Assembly: GCA_947085625.1 (NCBI GenBank)
Contig: CAMTXD010000030.1
Coordinates: 1-36,075, forward strand
Origin: an uncultured Gallionellaceae bacterium
GTDB lineage: Bacteria > Pseudomonadota > Gammaproteobacteria > Burkholderiales > Gallionellaceae
Reading direction: 5' to 3'
Length of the DNA stretch: 36,075 bases
Below are positions 27,837-36,075 of this stretch, one piece after another. Each line of letters begins with the position of its first letter. Within the stretch, counting starts at the first letter, position 1. Made by a program: the position numbers and the translations under genes. The notes under the pieces are model-generated. The model saw only the letters and a program-made list of their open reading frames with translations, did not search any database and was not told the DNA's origin.

Positions 27837-28968
27837 TCACTTTTTCAGTAATCGCATTTATCACAAGCTCTACCATCTCGATAGTTAAGTCTACCCACAG
27901 AGGCAGTCTTACCAGTCGCGCGCTAATAGCATCAGTTACACAAAATTCACCGGACACCCGTCCAAACTTTTCTCCAGCGGTTGAGCTATGTAATGGAACA
28001 TAGTGGAAAACCGCACCAATCCCTCTTGCTTTCAGATAGCCAATGAGGTCGGTGCGCTCTTGTAAATCCGCCATCAATAAATAATACATATGCGCGTTAT
28101 GCCGACATTCATCTGAAATAATGGGGCGGCACACCAACCCCCTCAGTTCGATCTTCGCGAACGCTTCGTGGTAGACATTCCATATCGCCATACGTCGTCG
28201 GGTGATCTCGTCTGCCTCCTCCATTTGCGCCCACAAAAATGCTGCGATGAGTTCACTGGGCAAATAGGAAGAGCCAATATCAACCCATGTATATTTGTCC
28301 ACCTGCCCTCTAAAAAACTGGCTCCGGTTGGTGCCCTTCTCCCGAATAATTTCAGCGCGCTTGGCAAAGCGGGGAGCATTGATCAACAGCGCCCCCCCCT
28401 CGCCCGAAATGATATTCTTGGTTTCGTGAAAGCTGAGCGCCGCCATGTGGCCAATACTCCCCAGCGGCCGCCCCTTGTAGCTGGACATGATGCCTTGGGC
28501 GGCGTCCTCGATCACGATCAGGCTGTATTTTTCAGCGATCGCCATGATGGTGTCCATTTCGCAGCCAACCCCCGCATAATGCACCGGCACAATGGCTTTG
28601 GTTCTGGAGGTAATGGCCGCTTCGATTTTAGTTTCGTCAATGTTCAGCGTATCGGGACGAATATCCACGAACACCGGAATCCCGCCACGCAGCACAAAAG
28701 CATTGGCGGTGGAGACGAAAGTGTAGGAAGGCATGATCACTTCATCGCCAGGCTGAATATCAGCCAGAATGGCTGCCATCTCTAAAGCAGCGGTGCAGGA
28801 ATGGGTCAGCAACGCCTTGTGGCAACCGATGCGTTGCTCCAGCCAAGCACTGCACTTTCTGGTGAAATCGCCGTCACCTGCGAGATGACCTTTGGCATGC
28901 GCCTGGCTGATGTACCAAAGCTCTTTACCGGTCATGTAGGGTTTATTGAATGGAATCACGATACTCAT
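27817..28968 (-). CDS. rffA: dTDP-4-amino-4,6-dideoxygalactose transaminase (RffA/WecE)
   Basis: IPFNKPY, SCTAALEMAA, EDAAQG, SFHETKN, GQVDKYTW. Confidence 0.93.
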   Translation of the reverse strand: MSIVIPFNKPYMTGKELWYISQAHAKGHLAGDGDFTRKCSAWLEQRIGCHKALLTHSCTAALEMAAILADIQPGDEVIMPSYTFVSTANAFVLRGGIPVFVDIRPDTLNIDETKIEAAITSRTKAIVPVHYAGVGCEMDTIMAIAEKYSLIVIEDAAQGIMSSYKGRPLGSIGHMAALSFHETKNIISGEGGALLINAPRFAKRAEIIREKGTNRSQFFRGQVDKYTWVDIGSSYLPSELIAAFLWAQMEEADEITRRRMAIWNVYHEAFAKIELRGLVCRPIISDECRHNAHMYYLLMADLQERTDLIGYLKARGIGAVFHYVPLHSSTAGEKFGRVSGEFCVTDAISARLVRLPLWVDLTIEMVELVINAITEKVNGHHGA

Positions 28969-29831
28969 GGCTTTCTGGCAACCAGCAGCAATGAACCGCC
29001 CACCGGGAAGCTGGCTCCCCATTGGATTATTGCACGCTCAATGTTCATGGCGCTTGCAAGAACAGTGTTCGCAAAAACACCAAGTCTCAACTCCGCCATC
29101 GGGTCGAATTGATCCGATGGCACTCGCTTACGCAGGCGCGACATCATCATCAGGGGCAGCAGCAGAGAAACGAAGGAGGTCATGCGCTCCACCTTGAACC
29201 CTGCAGCGGCAACCTTGGCCACCAAATCCCGCGCGGCGTAACGGCGAACATGATAAGCATGCTCATCCATGTGACTCCATAGAAAATCATGCTGGGGGAC
29301 GGTCAATAGAAGCCCACCACCGGGGCGGATAGCCCGATGCATCTGGCCAAGCACCACTTGATCCTCCTCGATGTGTTCCAGGACATCGAACGCGCCGATC
29401 ACGTCAAACTCATCGACGAAAGGGATGGCCCTAGCGTCCATCTGGAAAAAATCCGTACCGGGTATACGGCCCGCTGCATACGCCAAGCCAGCGCTAGAGA
29501 TTTCGCTGCCCGATAGCCTTAACCGAGGATTAGTAGCTGCCACACCGGACAGGACGAACCCGGTCCCACAGCCGATCTCCAGAAGGCTCTCCGCGCCAGG
29601 AAAATAGCGCCCAAGCGCCCAAAGGATCAGCTTGTTGCGAGCGCGAAACCAGAAATTGTGCTCTTCCAGTTCAACCAGCTCATGGAAATAGGCATCCTTG
29701 AAGCCTTCGTCGGATGAAAATTCAGGGGCGAAGGATGGGAACCCTGCTCTTACGCCAGGTTCCTTGCCACAGTGCGGGCAATGCCAAGTGGATGCGACGA
29801 AAGGCTTGGTGCAACGCAGGCAAAGCTTCAA
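28965..29831 (-). CDS. Class I SAM-dependent methyltransferase
   Basis: FWFRARN, LEIGCGTG, FDVLEHI, HVRRY. Confidence 0.9.
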   Translation of the reverse strand: MKLCLRCTKPFVASTWHCPHCGKEPGVRAGFPSFAPEFSSDEGFKDAYFHELVELEEHNFWFRARNKLILWALGRYFPGAESLLEIGCGTGFVLSGVAATNPRLRLSGSEISSAGLAYAAGRIPGTDFFQMDARAIPFVDEFDVIGAFDVLEHIEEDQVVLGQMHRAIRPGGGLLLTVPQHDFLWSHMDEHAYHVRRYAARDLVAKVAAAGFKVERMTSFVSLLLPLMMMSRLRKRVPSDQFDPMAELRLGVFANTVLASAMNIERAIIQWGASFPVGGSLLLVARKP

Positions 29832-30190
29832 CCTTGGCTCCCGATGACAAGCCCCAGCATGACCAGAGCCACTCCGATAATCTTGGGTGCAGTAATGGGT
29901 TCGTTAAACAGCAGGCCGCTGAACAGTATCACCAGAACGAAGGCCAGGCTCATGAAGGGGTAGGCGTGGCTCAACTGCAGCTTGGTCATTGCCGCCATCC
30001 AGGTAACCGAGGCGAGTAGGGCTGCAAGAAAAGCGCTGATCACCCATGGGTTGAGCAGCAAGTGCAGCAGGAACCAGATTTTTTCGGCACCGTCCTCGGG
30101 AAAGGCCCCGGCCTTGAGAACCTGCCACTTGATGACAAGCTGGCCATAGACCGTCAACAAGATGGTGCACAGGATATAGAAGTAGCTCAT
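29828..30190 (-). CDS. EamA/SMR-type small transporter (ArnE/ArnF-like flippase subunit)
   Basis: 120 aa, four TM helices, GQLVIK, LSHAYPFMSL. Confidence 0.85.
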   Translation of the reverse strand: MSYFYILCTILLTVYGQLVIKWQVLKAGAFPEDGAEKIWFLLHLLLNPWVISAFLAALLASVTWMAAMTKLQLSHAYPFMSLAFVLVILFSGLLFNEPITAPKIIGVALVMLGLVIGSQG

Positions 30191-30207
30191 TAATTGCGAT
30201 CCTGAAC

Positions 30208-31089
30208 TCAGTTAAATCTACTACGAAATGCAGCCAAGGGAAGTAGATTTTCGCCTCCTGAATATTTTCCATCCTCAATTAAAAGCAACCCGCTACCACA
30301 CACCACAACTGGGTAACCATCATTAATAAAAATAACCTTCCCCGGCGATCGATTTACCACCTTGACATCATTCAAGGCTCTTGCCTTGTAAACGCGAACA
30401 AGCCGCCCCTTCAGAGTGGCAGACGCACCCAAATAAGGATGACCCACGCAATCGATGAAATGCTGAATATCGCGCGCACTAAGCTGCCAATTTATTCTGT
30501 AATCATCTTCATCGCGCCACAAACTGTAGCTTGCTTTCTCTTCATCCTGCGGCTTACTTATGATTTCATTATTACTTATCAAATCTGAGGCCACAACAAC
30601 GGCTAAATCAGCATAAAGATCAGCAATTCTTTGTAGCTCATTCTCTATACAGGTTGGATAAGTTACATCGATGCACTTTTGCGCGACGATGTTGCCCTTG
30701 TCGTACTCCTCTGCACCGAAAATTACCGACACACCAATTTTACTCTCCTTATTCAGGAGAGCGTTAACTAACGGCGCAAACCCTCTGTACGTCGGAAGCA
30801 ATGAATCATGAAACACGATGAGTTTTCCCTCTGGCATGTTATGAATAATCCAGCGCCACCCAGCCGCCAATGCGTAATCACAATCCATGCTTTTTTATTG
30901 TTCATCTCCGCGAAATGAGAATTCGATACCCCTGTTTGCACAATATCTGGCAAGGGTATCGCTGAAGTCATCAACCACACCCCCATCTCGCCCAATCACG
31001 CATCGAAAATAAATATCAAGCGACGATTCAGATAGCGCCCTAACGACATTAAAACCTTTCAATCCTAAAGAATATATTACAAATCTCAT
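30208..31089 (-). pseudogene. Sugar N-formyltransferase (Fmt-like) with one in-frame TAA at codon 65
   Basis: ORFs 30895-31089 and 30208-30888 share a frame; FHDSLLPTYRGFAP, YDKGNI, PYLGA. Confidence 0.85.
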
Positions 31090-32081
31090 TAATCATTTCC
31101 TGCAGATATTTGACTATTTAAATTTACACAATCACTAATTAAATAAAGCGGTCGCCGCTTGACCTCGTCAAAGACCTTGCCCAGATAGAGGCCAAGGATA
31201 CCGAGAATACTGATGATGATTCCACCCAGAAAATATAGCGAAACCATCAGACTGCTCCATCCCATGATGGGCGCGTCATGTACCAACGCCAGATAAACAA
31301 TGTAGCCGCCATAGGCAAAGGCCAGTGCAGAAATCACGAAGCCAAAGCGGATTGACAGGCGCAACGGCTTGTCGGAGTAGGCGATGATGGTTTCGCTAGC
31401 CAGCTTCCAGAGTTTACGGAATGTATAGGACGTCTGCCCAGCAAAGCGCTCATCGTGCTGCACATCGATGCTGGCGGTGGGAAAGCCCATCCAGTTCACG
31501 AGGCCACCAAAAAAACGCAGCCGCTCCCGCATTGCGCGGAAGCTCGTCACCACCTTGCGCGAGACAATGCGGAAATTGCCCGTCTCGCCGTCGTAATCCA
31601 TATCAGCGAGGTAGCTGAAGACCTTGTAGAACAGCCAGGATGTCAGGCGCTTCAGGGCTGGGTCCTTCCGCCATCCGCGCCGCGCCAGCACTACGTCGTA
31701 GCCTTCTTGTGCCTTGGCGTAGAGCCGGGGGATTTCCTCGGGACGGTCCTGCAGGTCGCAGTCCATGACGACTACCCAATCGCCGTTGCAATGGTCCAAG
31801 CCGGCGGTGATGCCGTAATGCTGGCCGAAATTGCGGCTGAACTGGATGCCGCTAACGCGACCGTCGCAGCGAGCAAGGTCAACAATCATCGGCCATGAAT
31901 TATCCCCCCCGCAATCCTCCACAAGGATAATCTCGAAATTGCGAGAAATTAGCTCAAGCGACGCAACGAGTCGCCGATACAATTCTTCCAGGCAACCTTC
32001 AGCTTTATATACGGGAATAACCACTGAAATGTGTGGCATATCTTGATCCGTCTGCTTACTATCGGACAACAATGTCTGCAC
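31089..32081 (-). CDS. GT2 polyprenyl-phosphate glycosyltransferase (GtrB/ArnC-like)
   Basis: VVIPVY, FSRNFGQH, MDCDLQD.PE, two C-terminal TM helices, KRRPLY. Confidence 0.92.
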   Translation of the reverse strand: MQTLLSDSKQTDQDMPHISVVIPVYKAEGCLEELYRRLVASLELISRNFEIILVEDCGGDNSWPMIVDLARCDGRVSGIQFSRNFGQHYGITAGLDHCNGDWVVVMDCDLQDRPEEIPRLYAKAQEGYDVVLARRGWRKDPALKRLTSWLFYKVFSYLADMDYDGETGNFRIVSRKVVTSFRAMRERLRFFGGLVNWMGFPTASIDVQHDERFAGQTSYTFRKLWKLASETIIAYSDKPLRLSIRFGFVISALAFAYGGYIVYLALVHDAPIMGWSSLMVSLYFLGGIIISILGILGLYLGKVFDEVKRRPLYLISDCVNLNSQISAGND

Positions 32082-32231
32082 TTCAGTTAACCCCTATGTC
32101 CGAATCCATGAGAATCGTTTTTTTGATTGGGAATCGCGCCATTAATGCAATTCCACGTTGATTGATAAATAGGATGGCTACTTGGTTCCGGAGGCAGCAA
32201 ACAACTCTCGATACGCCCGGAAGTATTGCGC

Positions 32232-32389
32232 TTTGCTGTATGAGATGTTGCATTGCACAAGATTCGGGTTGAGTCCCTTGTCTGCAAATTCATTCCGGCA
32301 GTAAGTGCGCGCAAAAAACCTCTTTCATCAGAGATCGACTCTGGCTCAATCAGCCATGCGCCAGACAATCCTGTTTCAACAAATCTCAT
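32232..32389 (-). pseudogene. Truncated, frameshifted duplicate of the rfbC 5' end
   Basis: About 158 bp closely matching 25509-25667, with a 1-nt deletion at GFF. Confidence 0.9.
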
Positions 32390-32399
32390 AAATCAGGGG

Positions 32400-33623
32400 C
32401 TACCATACTTTAATTTCAGGAACTGCGACCGCAAACATTCCGCCCCACTCACGAATGTGTGCCAACTGTTGCGTGACTTCGACCTGAATGTTCCAAGGCA
32501 TAATCAAAACGATATCAGGCTTGCGCTCACGCAGCACATCGGGATGCATGATCGGCAAATGTGCACCAGGCAGAAATTTCCCCTGTTTTGAAGGTGCCGC
32601 ATCACAGACGTAAGGCAACAGGTCTGGCTTGATTCCGGCGTAGTTGAGCAGCGTGTTGCCTTTTGCTGCTGCGCCATATGCAGCAACTCGTTTGCCCGCG
32701 CGCTTTTGTTCGATCAAGAAAACCAGCAAATCATCCTTGACTCGGTTGGCACGCAACTGAAAACTCCGATAGGTTTCCAGGTTACACAAACCACGGCGCA
32801 CTTCTTTCCCAATCAATGCGGAAACCGCGGTGGTGTTAACGCGCCCATCTTCCGCATGGCAGCCGTATACACGTAAACTGCCACCGTGCGTCGGTAGTTC
32901 TTCCACGTTACATACGCGCAAACCCGCACGAACAAAAATCCGGCTCACAGCGTGCAGGGAAAGGTAGGAAAAGTGTTCGTGATATACCGTGTCGAACTGG
33001 GTATGTTCAATCAAGCGCATCAGGTGGGGAAATTCCAAGGTGATGGTGCCGCCCGGCTTGAGCGCTGTTTTGAGTCCTACCGTAAAATCGTTGATGTCCG
33101 GCACGTGCGCATACACGTTGTTACCCAGAATCAGATCGGCCTGCTTTCCTTGCGCCACGAGTCGTTGTGCCAGCGCCTCCCCGAAAAACTCGCGTAGAAC
33201 CGGAATGCCCAATTTCTCGGCGGCGGCAGCAGTACTGGCGGTAGGCTCGATACCCAAGCAGGGGATCCCTGCCGCAACAAAATTTTTCAGCAAATAGCCG
33301 TCATTGGACGCCACCTCGATCACGTGGCTATTTTTATTCAACCCGATCCGCTTCGTGATCATGTCAGTGTAGCGAGCGGCATGCGCCAGCCAGCTTTGCG
33401 AGATCGATGAAAAATAGGCGTAGTCATGGCTGAACAGTTCATCGGCCTGCGCATAGTCTTCGGTCTGCACTAACCAACAATGCTCACAAACAAAGAGCTT
33501 GAGTGGGTAATAACATTCCGGCTTGTTCATATCTGCTTCGCTGAGATATGCGTTGGATGGTGGCGCAAACCCCAAGTCGAGAAATACGTGCTGCAACGGA
33601 TGGTGGCAGTGACGGCAATTCAT
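32400..33623 (-). CDS. NDP-hexose C-methyltransferase family protein
   Basis: CRHC zinc site, EVASNDGYLL, FDTVYHEH, THGGSLR, YGAAAKGNTLLNY, PWN. Confidence 0.92.
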   Translation of the reverse strand: MNCRHCHHPLQHVFLDLGFAPPSNAYLSEADMNKPECYYPLKLFVCEHCWLVQTEDYAQADELFSHDYAYFSSISQSWLAHAARYTDMITKRIGLNKNSHVIEVASNDGYLLKNFVAAGIPCLGIEPTASTAAAAEKLGIPVLREFFGEALAQRLVAQGKQADLILGNNVYAHVPDINDFTVGLKTALKPGGTITLEFPHLMRLIEHTQFDTVYHEHFSYLSLHAVSRIFVRAGLRVCNVEELPTHGGSLRVYGCHAEDGRVNTTAVSALIGKEVRRGLCNLETYRSFQLRANRVKDDLLVFLIEQKRAGKRVAAYGAAAKGNTLLNYAGIKPDLLPYVCDAAPSKQGKFLPGAHLPIMHPDVLRERKPDIVLIMPWNIQVEVTQQLAHIREWGGMFAVAVPEIKVW

Positions 33624-34702
33624 ATTTTTTCTTGATCCTGATATTCGGCAATTTGTCGTAATGAAAATTCGCGCATACCATCACCGCGCTGATGCGCCTT
33701 GTGCCATGCGATAATATTTTCCAGCGCTTGTGCTAGTGCCCATTTCGGCTGCCAGTCCAAGCGCATTTTCGCTTTTGAGCAATCGAGCTTGAGATAATGC
33801 GCTTCATGTGGATGGTCAGCTCGGTCAAGCTTCCAACTCGCGCCATCGCCCCATTGCTGGGTGAGTCGCTCGACAATCCATTGAACAGGCTTGGCATCTG
33901 CATCGTCTGGTCCAAAATTCCATCCTTCGGCATAGGCAGACCCTTCTTCATACAGATTCTGCGCCAACTGCAAATAACCGCTTAATGGTTCCAGTACATG
34001 TTGCCAAGGACGAATAGCCTGAGGGTTTCGAATCACGACTGAACGGTTTTCGGAGATCGCACGCAGAATGTCGGGTACTAAACGATCTGCCGCCCAATCG
34101 CCACCGCCGATCACATTGCCAGCCCTTCCGCTTGCCAAGGCAAGCTGATGATCCGCATATTTTTCCGTATTGAAAAATGAACTGCGATATGCCGCGGTTA
34201 CCAATTCAGCGCAACCCTTGCTGTTGCTGTAGGGATCAAAGCCGCCCATCGCCTCATTTTCGCGATAACCCCAGACCCACTCCTTGTTCTCATAACATTT
34301 ATCACTGGTGACATTCACCACCGCGCGTACTGATTTTGTTTGACGAACCGCCTCCAGTAGATGCACCGTGCCCATCACGTTGGTGGAATAGGTTTCCACC
34401 GGATCGATATATGAATAACGCACCAATGGTTGCGCTGCCATATGGATGACGATTTGCGGTACGGCGCTTTGCATGGCTGACGCAAGCGCAGTTCCATCGC
34501 GAATATCACCGATAACGGAACGCATTCCGCGCGCAACATCCGCCACCTCGAACAGGTTTGGTTGCGTAGGCGGTTGCAGCGCATAACCCGTCACCACGGC
34601 ATCCATCTGTTGCAGCCACAGACACAACCAACCTCCCTTGAAACCGGTGTGGCCGGTCACAAAGACATTCTTGCCCGCCCAGAACTGCTGATTCACGGCC
34701 AT
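33620..34702 (-). CDS. rfbG: CDP-glucose 4,6-dehydratase
   Basis: [43 protein letters not shown]; alternative start 34732. Confidence 0.96.
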   Translation of the reverse strand: MAVNQQFWAGKNVFVTGHTGFKGGWLCLWLQQMDAVVTGYALQPPTQPNLFEVADVARGMRSVIGDIRDGTALASAMQSAVPQIVIHMAAQPLVRYSYIDPVETYSTNVMGTVHLLEAVRQTKSVRAVVNVTSDKCYENKEWVWGYRENEAMGGFDPYSNSKGCAELVTAAYRSSFFNTEKYADHQLALASGRAGNVIGGGDWAADRLVPDILRAISENRSVVIRNPQAIRPWQHVLEPLSGYLQLAQNLYEEGSAYAEGWNFGPDDADAKPVQWIVERLTQQWGDGASWKLDRADHPHEAHYLKLDCSKAKMRLDWQPKWALAQALENIIAWHKAHQRGDGMREFSLRQIAEYQDQEKI

Positions 34703-35463
34703 ACCTTCCACGGCGCTTTGCCGGACTGCCATAGTTCTTCCAGGTGGTTCTTGTCGCGCAATGTATCCATTGGTTGCCAGAAGCCTTGATGTTGAAATGC
34801 GGCGAGTTGTCTTTCTTTGGCCAATCTCTCGAGAGGCCCGCTTTCCCAGGAGGCATTATCGCCATCAATATAGTCAATGACTTTAGGTGAAAGAACAAAA
34901 TAGCCACCATTAATCCTGCCGCCATCCCCTTGAGGTTTTTCCATAAAACCATTTACCAAGTCACCATCCGTTTCCAGCGCGCCATAACGGCCTGGCGGCT
35001 GTACAGAAGTAATGGTGGCCATGCGCCCTTGCTGTGTATGGAATGCAACCAAGGCCCTCACGTCTACATCAGCCACACCATCGCCATAGGTAAAACAGAA
35101 GTCTTCATCACCCAGATATTTTCTTACACGTTTTAAACGCCCACCGGTAAGGGTCATATCGCCTGTATCCACCAACGTTACACGCCATGGCTCGGCGCTA
35201 TTTTGATGAACTTCCATCTTGTTTGCGGTCATGTCAAAGGTTACGTCAGACATGTGCAAAAAATAGTTTGCGAAGTACTCTTTTATTACATAGCCTTTAT
35301 AACCACAGCAAATGACGAAGTCATTAATGCCGTGAAAGGAGTAGGTTTTCATGATGTGCCACAGGATCGGCTTTCCGCCGATCTCGATCATCGGTTTTGG
35401 CTTGAGGTGGGTTTCCTCCGAAATGCGAGTACCAAGGCCACCGGCAAGAATCACAGCTTTCAT
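34693..35463 (-). CDS. rfbF: Glucose-1-phosphate cytidylyltransferase
   Basis: [38 protein letters not shown]. Confidence 0.97.
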   Translation of the reverse strand: MKAVILAGGLGTRISEETHLKPKPMIEIGGKPILWHIMKTYSFHGINDFVICCGYKGYVIKEYFANYFLHMSDVTFDMTANKMEVHQNSAEPWRVTLVDTGDMTLTGGRLKRVRKYLGDEDFCFTYGDGVADVDVRALVAFHTQQGRMATITSVQPPGRYGALETDGDLVNGFMEKPQGDGGRINGGYFVLSPKVIDYIDGDNASWESGPLERLAKERQLAAFQHQGFWQPMDTLRDKNHLEELWQSGKAPWKVWP

Positions 35464-35465
35464 TT

Positions 35466-35657
35466 TTATGCGCCCATCCCAAATAACCTGATTCGGCGGT
35501 GAAAAATCTCAGGATCAAGCCTTACATTTGACATTTTCACCCCCCTTTTTTCCGCCTGTTTCACCGCCCGACTCACGGTAGCGTAACTCACACGAAGTTG
35601 TGTTCTGATTGCATCAGGCCGATTGTATGTTGGTATATAAATAAATAGCTTTTCCAT
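35466..35657 (-). pseudogene. Deletion scar: GT2 N-terminus fused to a probable Y1/RAYT transposase C-terminal tail
   Basis: [14 protein letters not shown] (GT2 start) followed by [14 protein letters not shown] (HTH tail). Confidence 0.55.
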
Positions 35658-36075
35658 ACCGCCCTGGCCATTCTGCGGAAGCTGGGGCTGCGCTCGAGTA
35701 GTTGTTCGTACGTGCCTTGCGCCACCACCCGTCCGTGTTCCAGTTCCACGATGGTATCACAGCGCCGCACGGTGGTTAGCCGGTGGGCGATGAGCAGGAT
35801 GGTGAGGTCGCGGTTAAGCCCCTCAATGGCATCCATCACCGACTGTTCGGTGGCGTTGTCGAGAGCGCTGGTAGCTTCGTCGAATACCAGCACGCTGGCC
35901 TGCTTGTAGAGCGCACGGGCGATACCAATTCGTTGGCGCTGGCCCCCGGAGAGGCGGATGCCCCGCTCCCCCACGAGTGCGCTGTATCCCTCCGGTCGGC
36001 TTTCGATGAAATCGGCAATCTGGGCCTGACGTGCCGCCTGTTGTACTCGTTGCAGATCGATTGCACTGCGTGGGA
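35588..36075 (-). CDS. ABC transporter ATP-binding/permease (PglK/MsbA-like glycan flippase), 3' part only
   Basis: [37 protein letters not shown]; frame stays open to the window edge. Confidence 0.92.
   Translation of the reverse strand, partial: PRSAIDLQRVQQAARQAQIADFIESRPEGYSALVGERGIRLSGGQRQRIGIARALYKQASVLVFDEATSALDNATEQSVMDAIEGLNRDLTILLIAHRLTTVRRCDTIVELEHGRVVAQGTYEQLLERSPSFRRMARAVWKSYLFIYQHTIGLMQSEHNFV

Noticed and set aside
30895-30897. Stop-codon recoding or programmed readthrough
   Set aside because: TAA is used as a normal stop throughout the window; a nonsense mutation or sequencing error is simpler
32087-32389. 100-aa ORF as a real gene
   Set aside because: Chimera of the frameshifted rfbC start and unrelated downstream sequence

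Overview
Betaproteobacterial chromosomal DNA; gene order and protein style suggest Gallionellaceae/Nitrosomonadales (inference). There are three zones. (1) 1-10656 is a core region: DUF302, SHOCT, DUF502, an RND efflux MFP plus permease, DUF2892, a collapsed PglL/O-antigen-ligase-like pseudogene, rhodanese-grxC-secB-SH3-gpsA and a convergent trmL. It carries many small palindromic or heptamer repeats, two of which sit in frame inside gpsA and the RND permease. (2) 10657-17460 is a scrambled island end: two fused ISL3 stubs, four intact-looking vapBC-type toxin-antitoxin pairs with three different antitoxin folds, two broken TA modules, a 181-bp MITE and fragments of sugar-pathway genes. (3) 17480-36075 is a minus-strand surface-polysaccharide (O-antigen-like) cluster: ABC flippase (partial), rfbF, rfbG, C-methyltransferase, rfbC, rfbD, methyltransferases and glycosyltransferases. 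Within it, a ~6.5-kb Arn/Gtr-like lipid-linked amino-sugar modification cassette is bracketed by a duplicated rfbC 5' end, and its formyltransferase has one in-frame TAA. No rRNA, tRNA or CRISPR array was seen. All family assignments come from motif recognition, not database searches.
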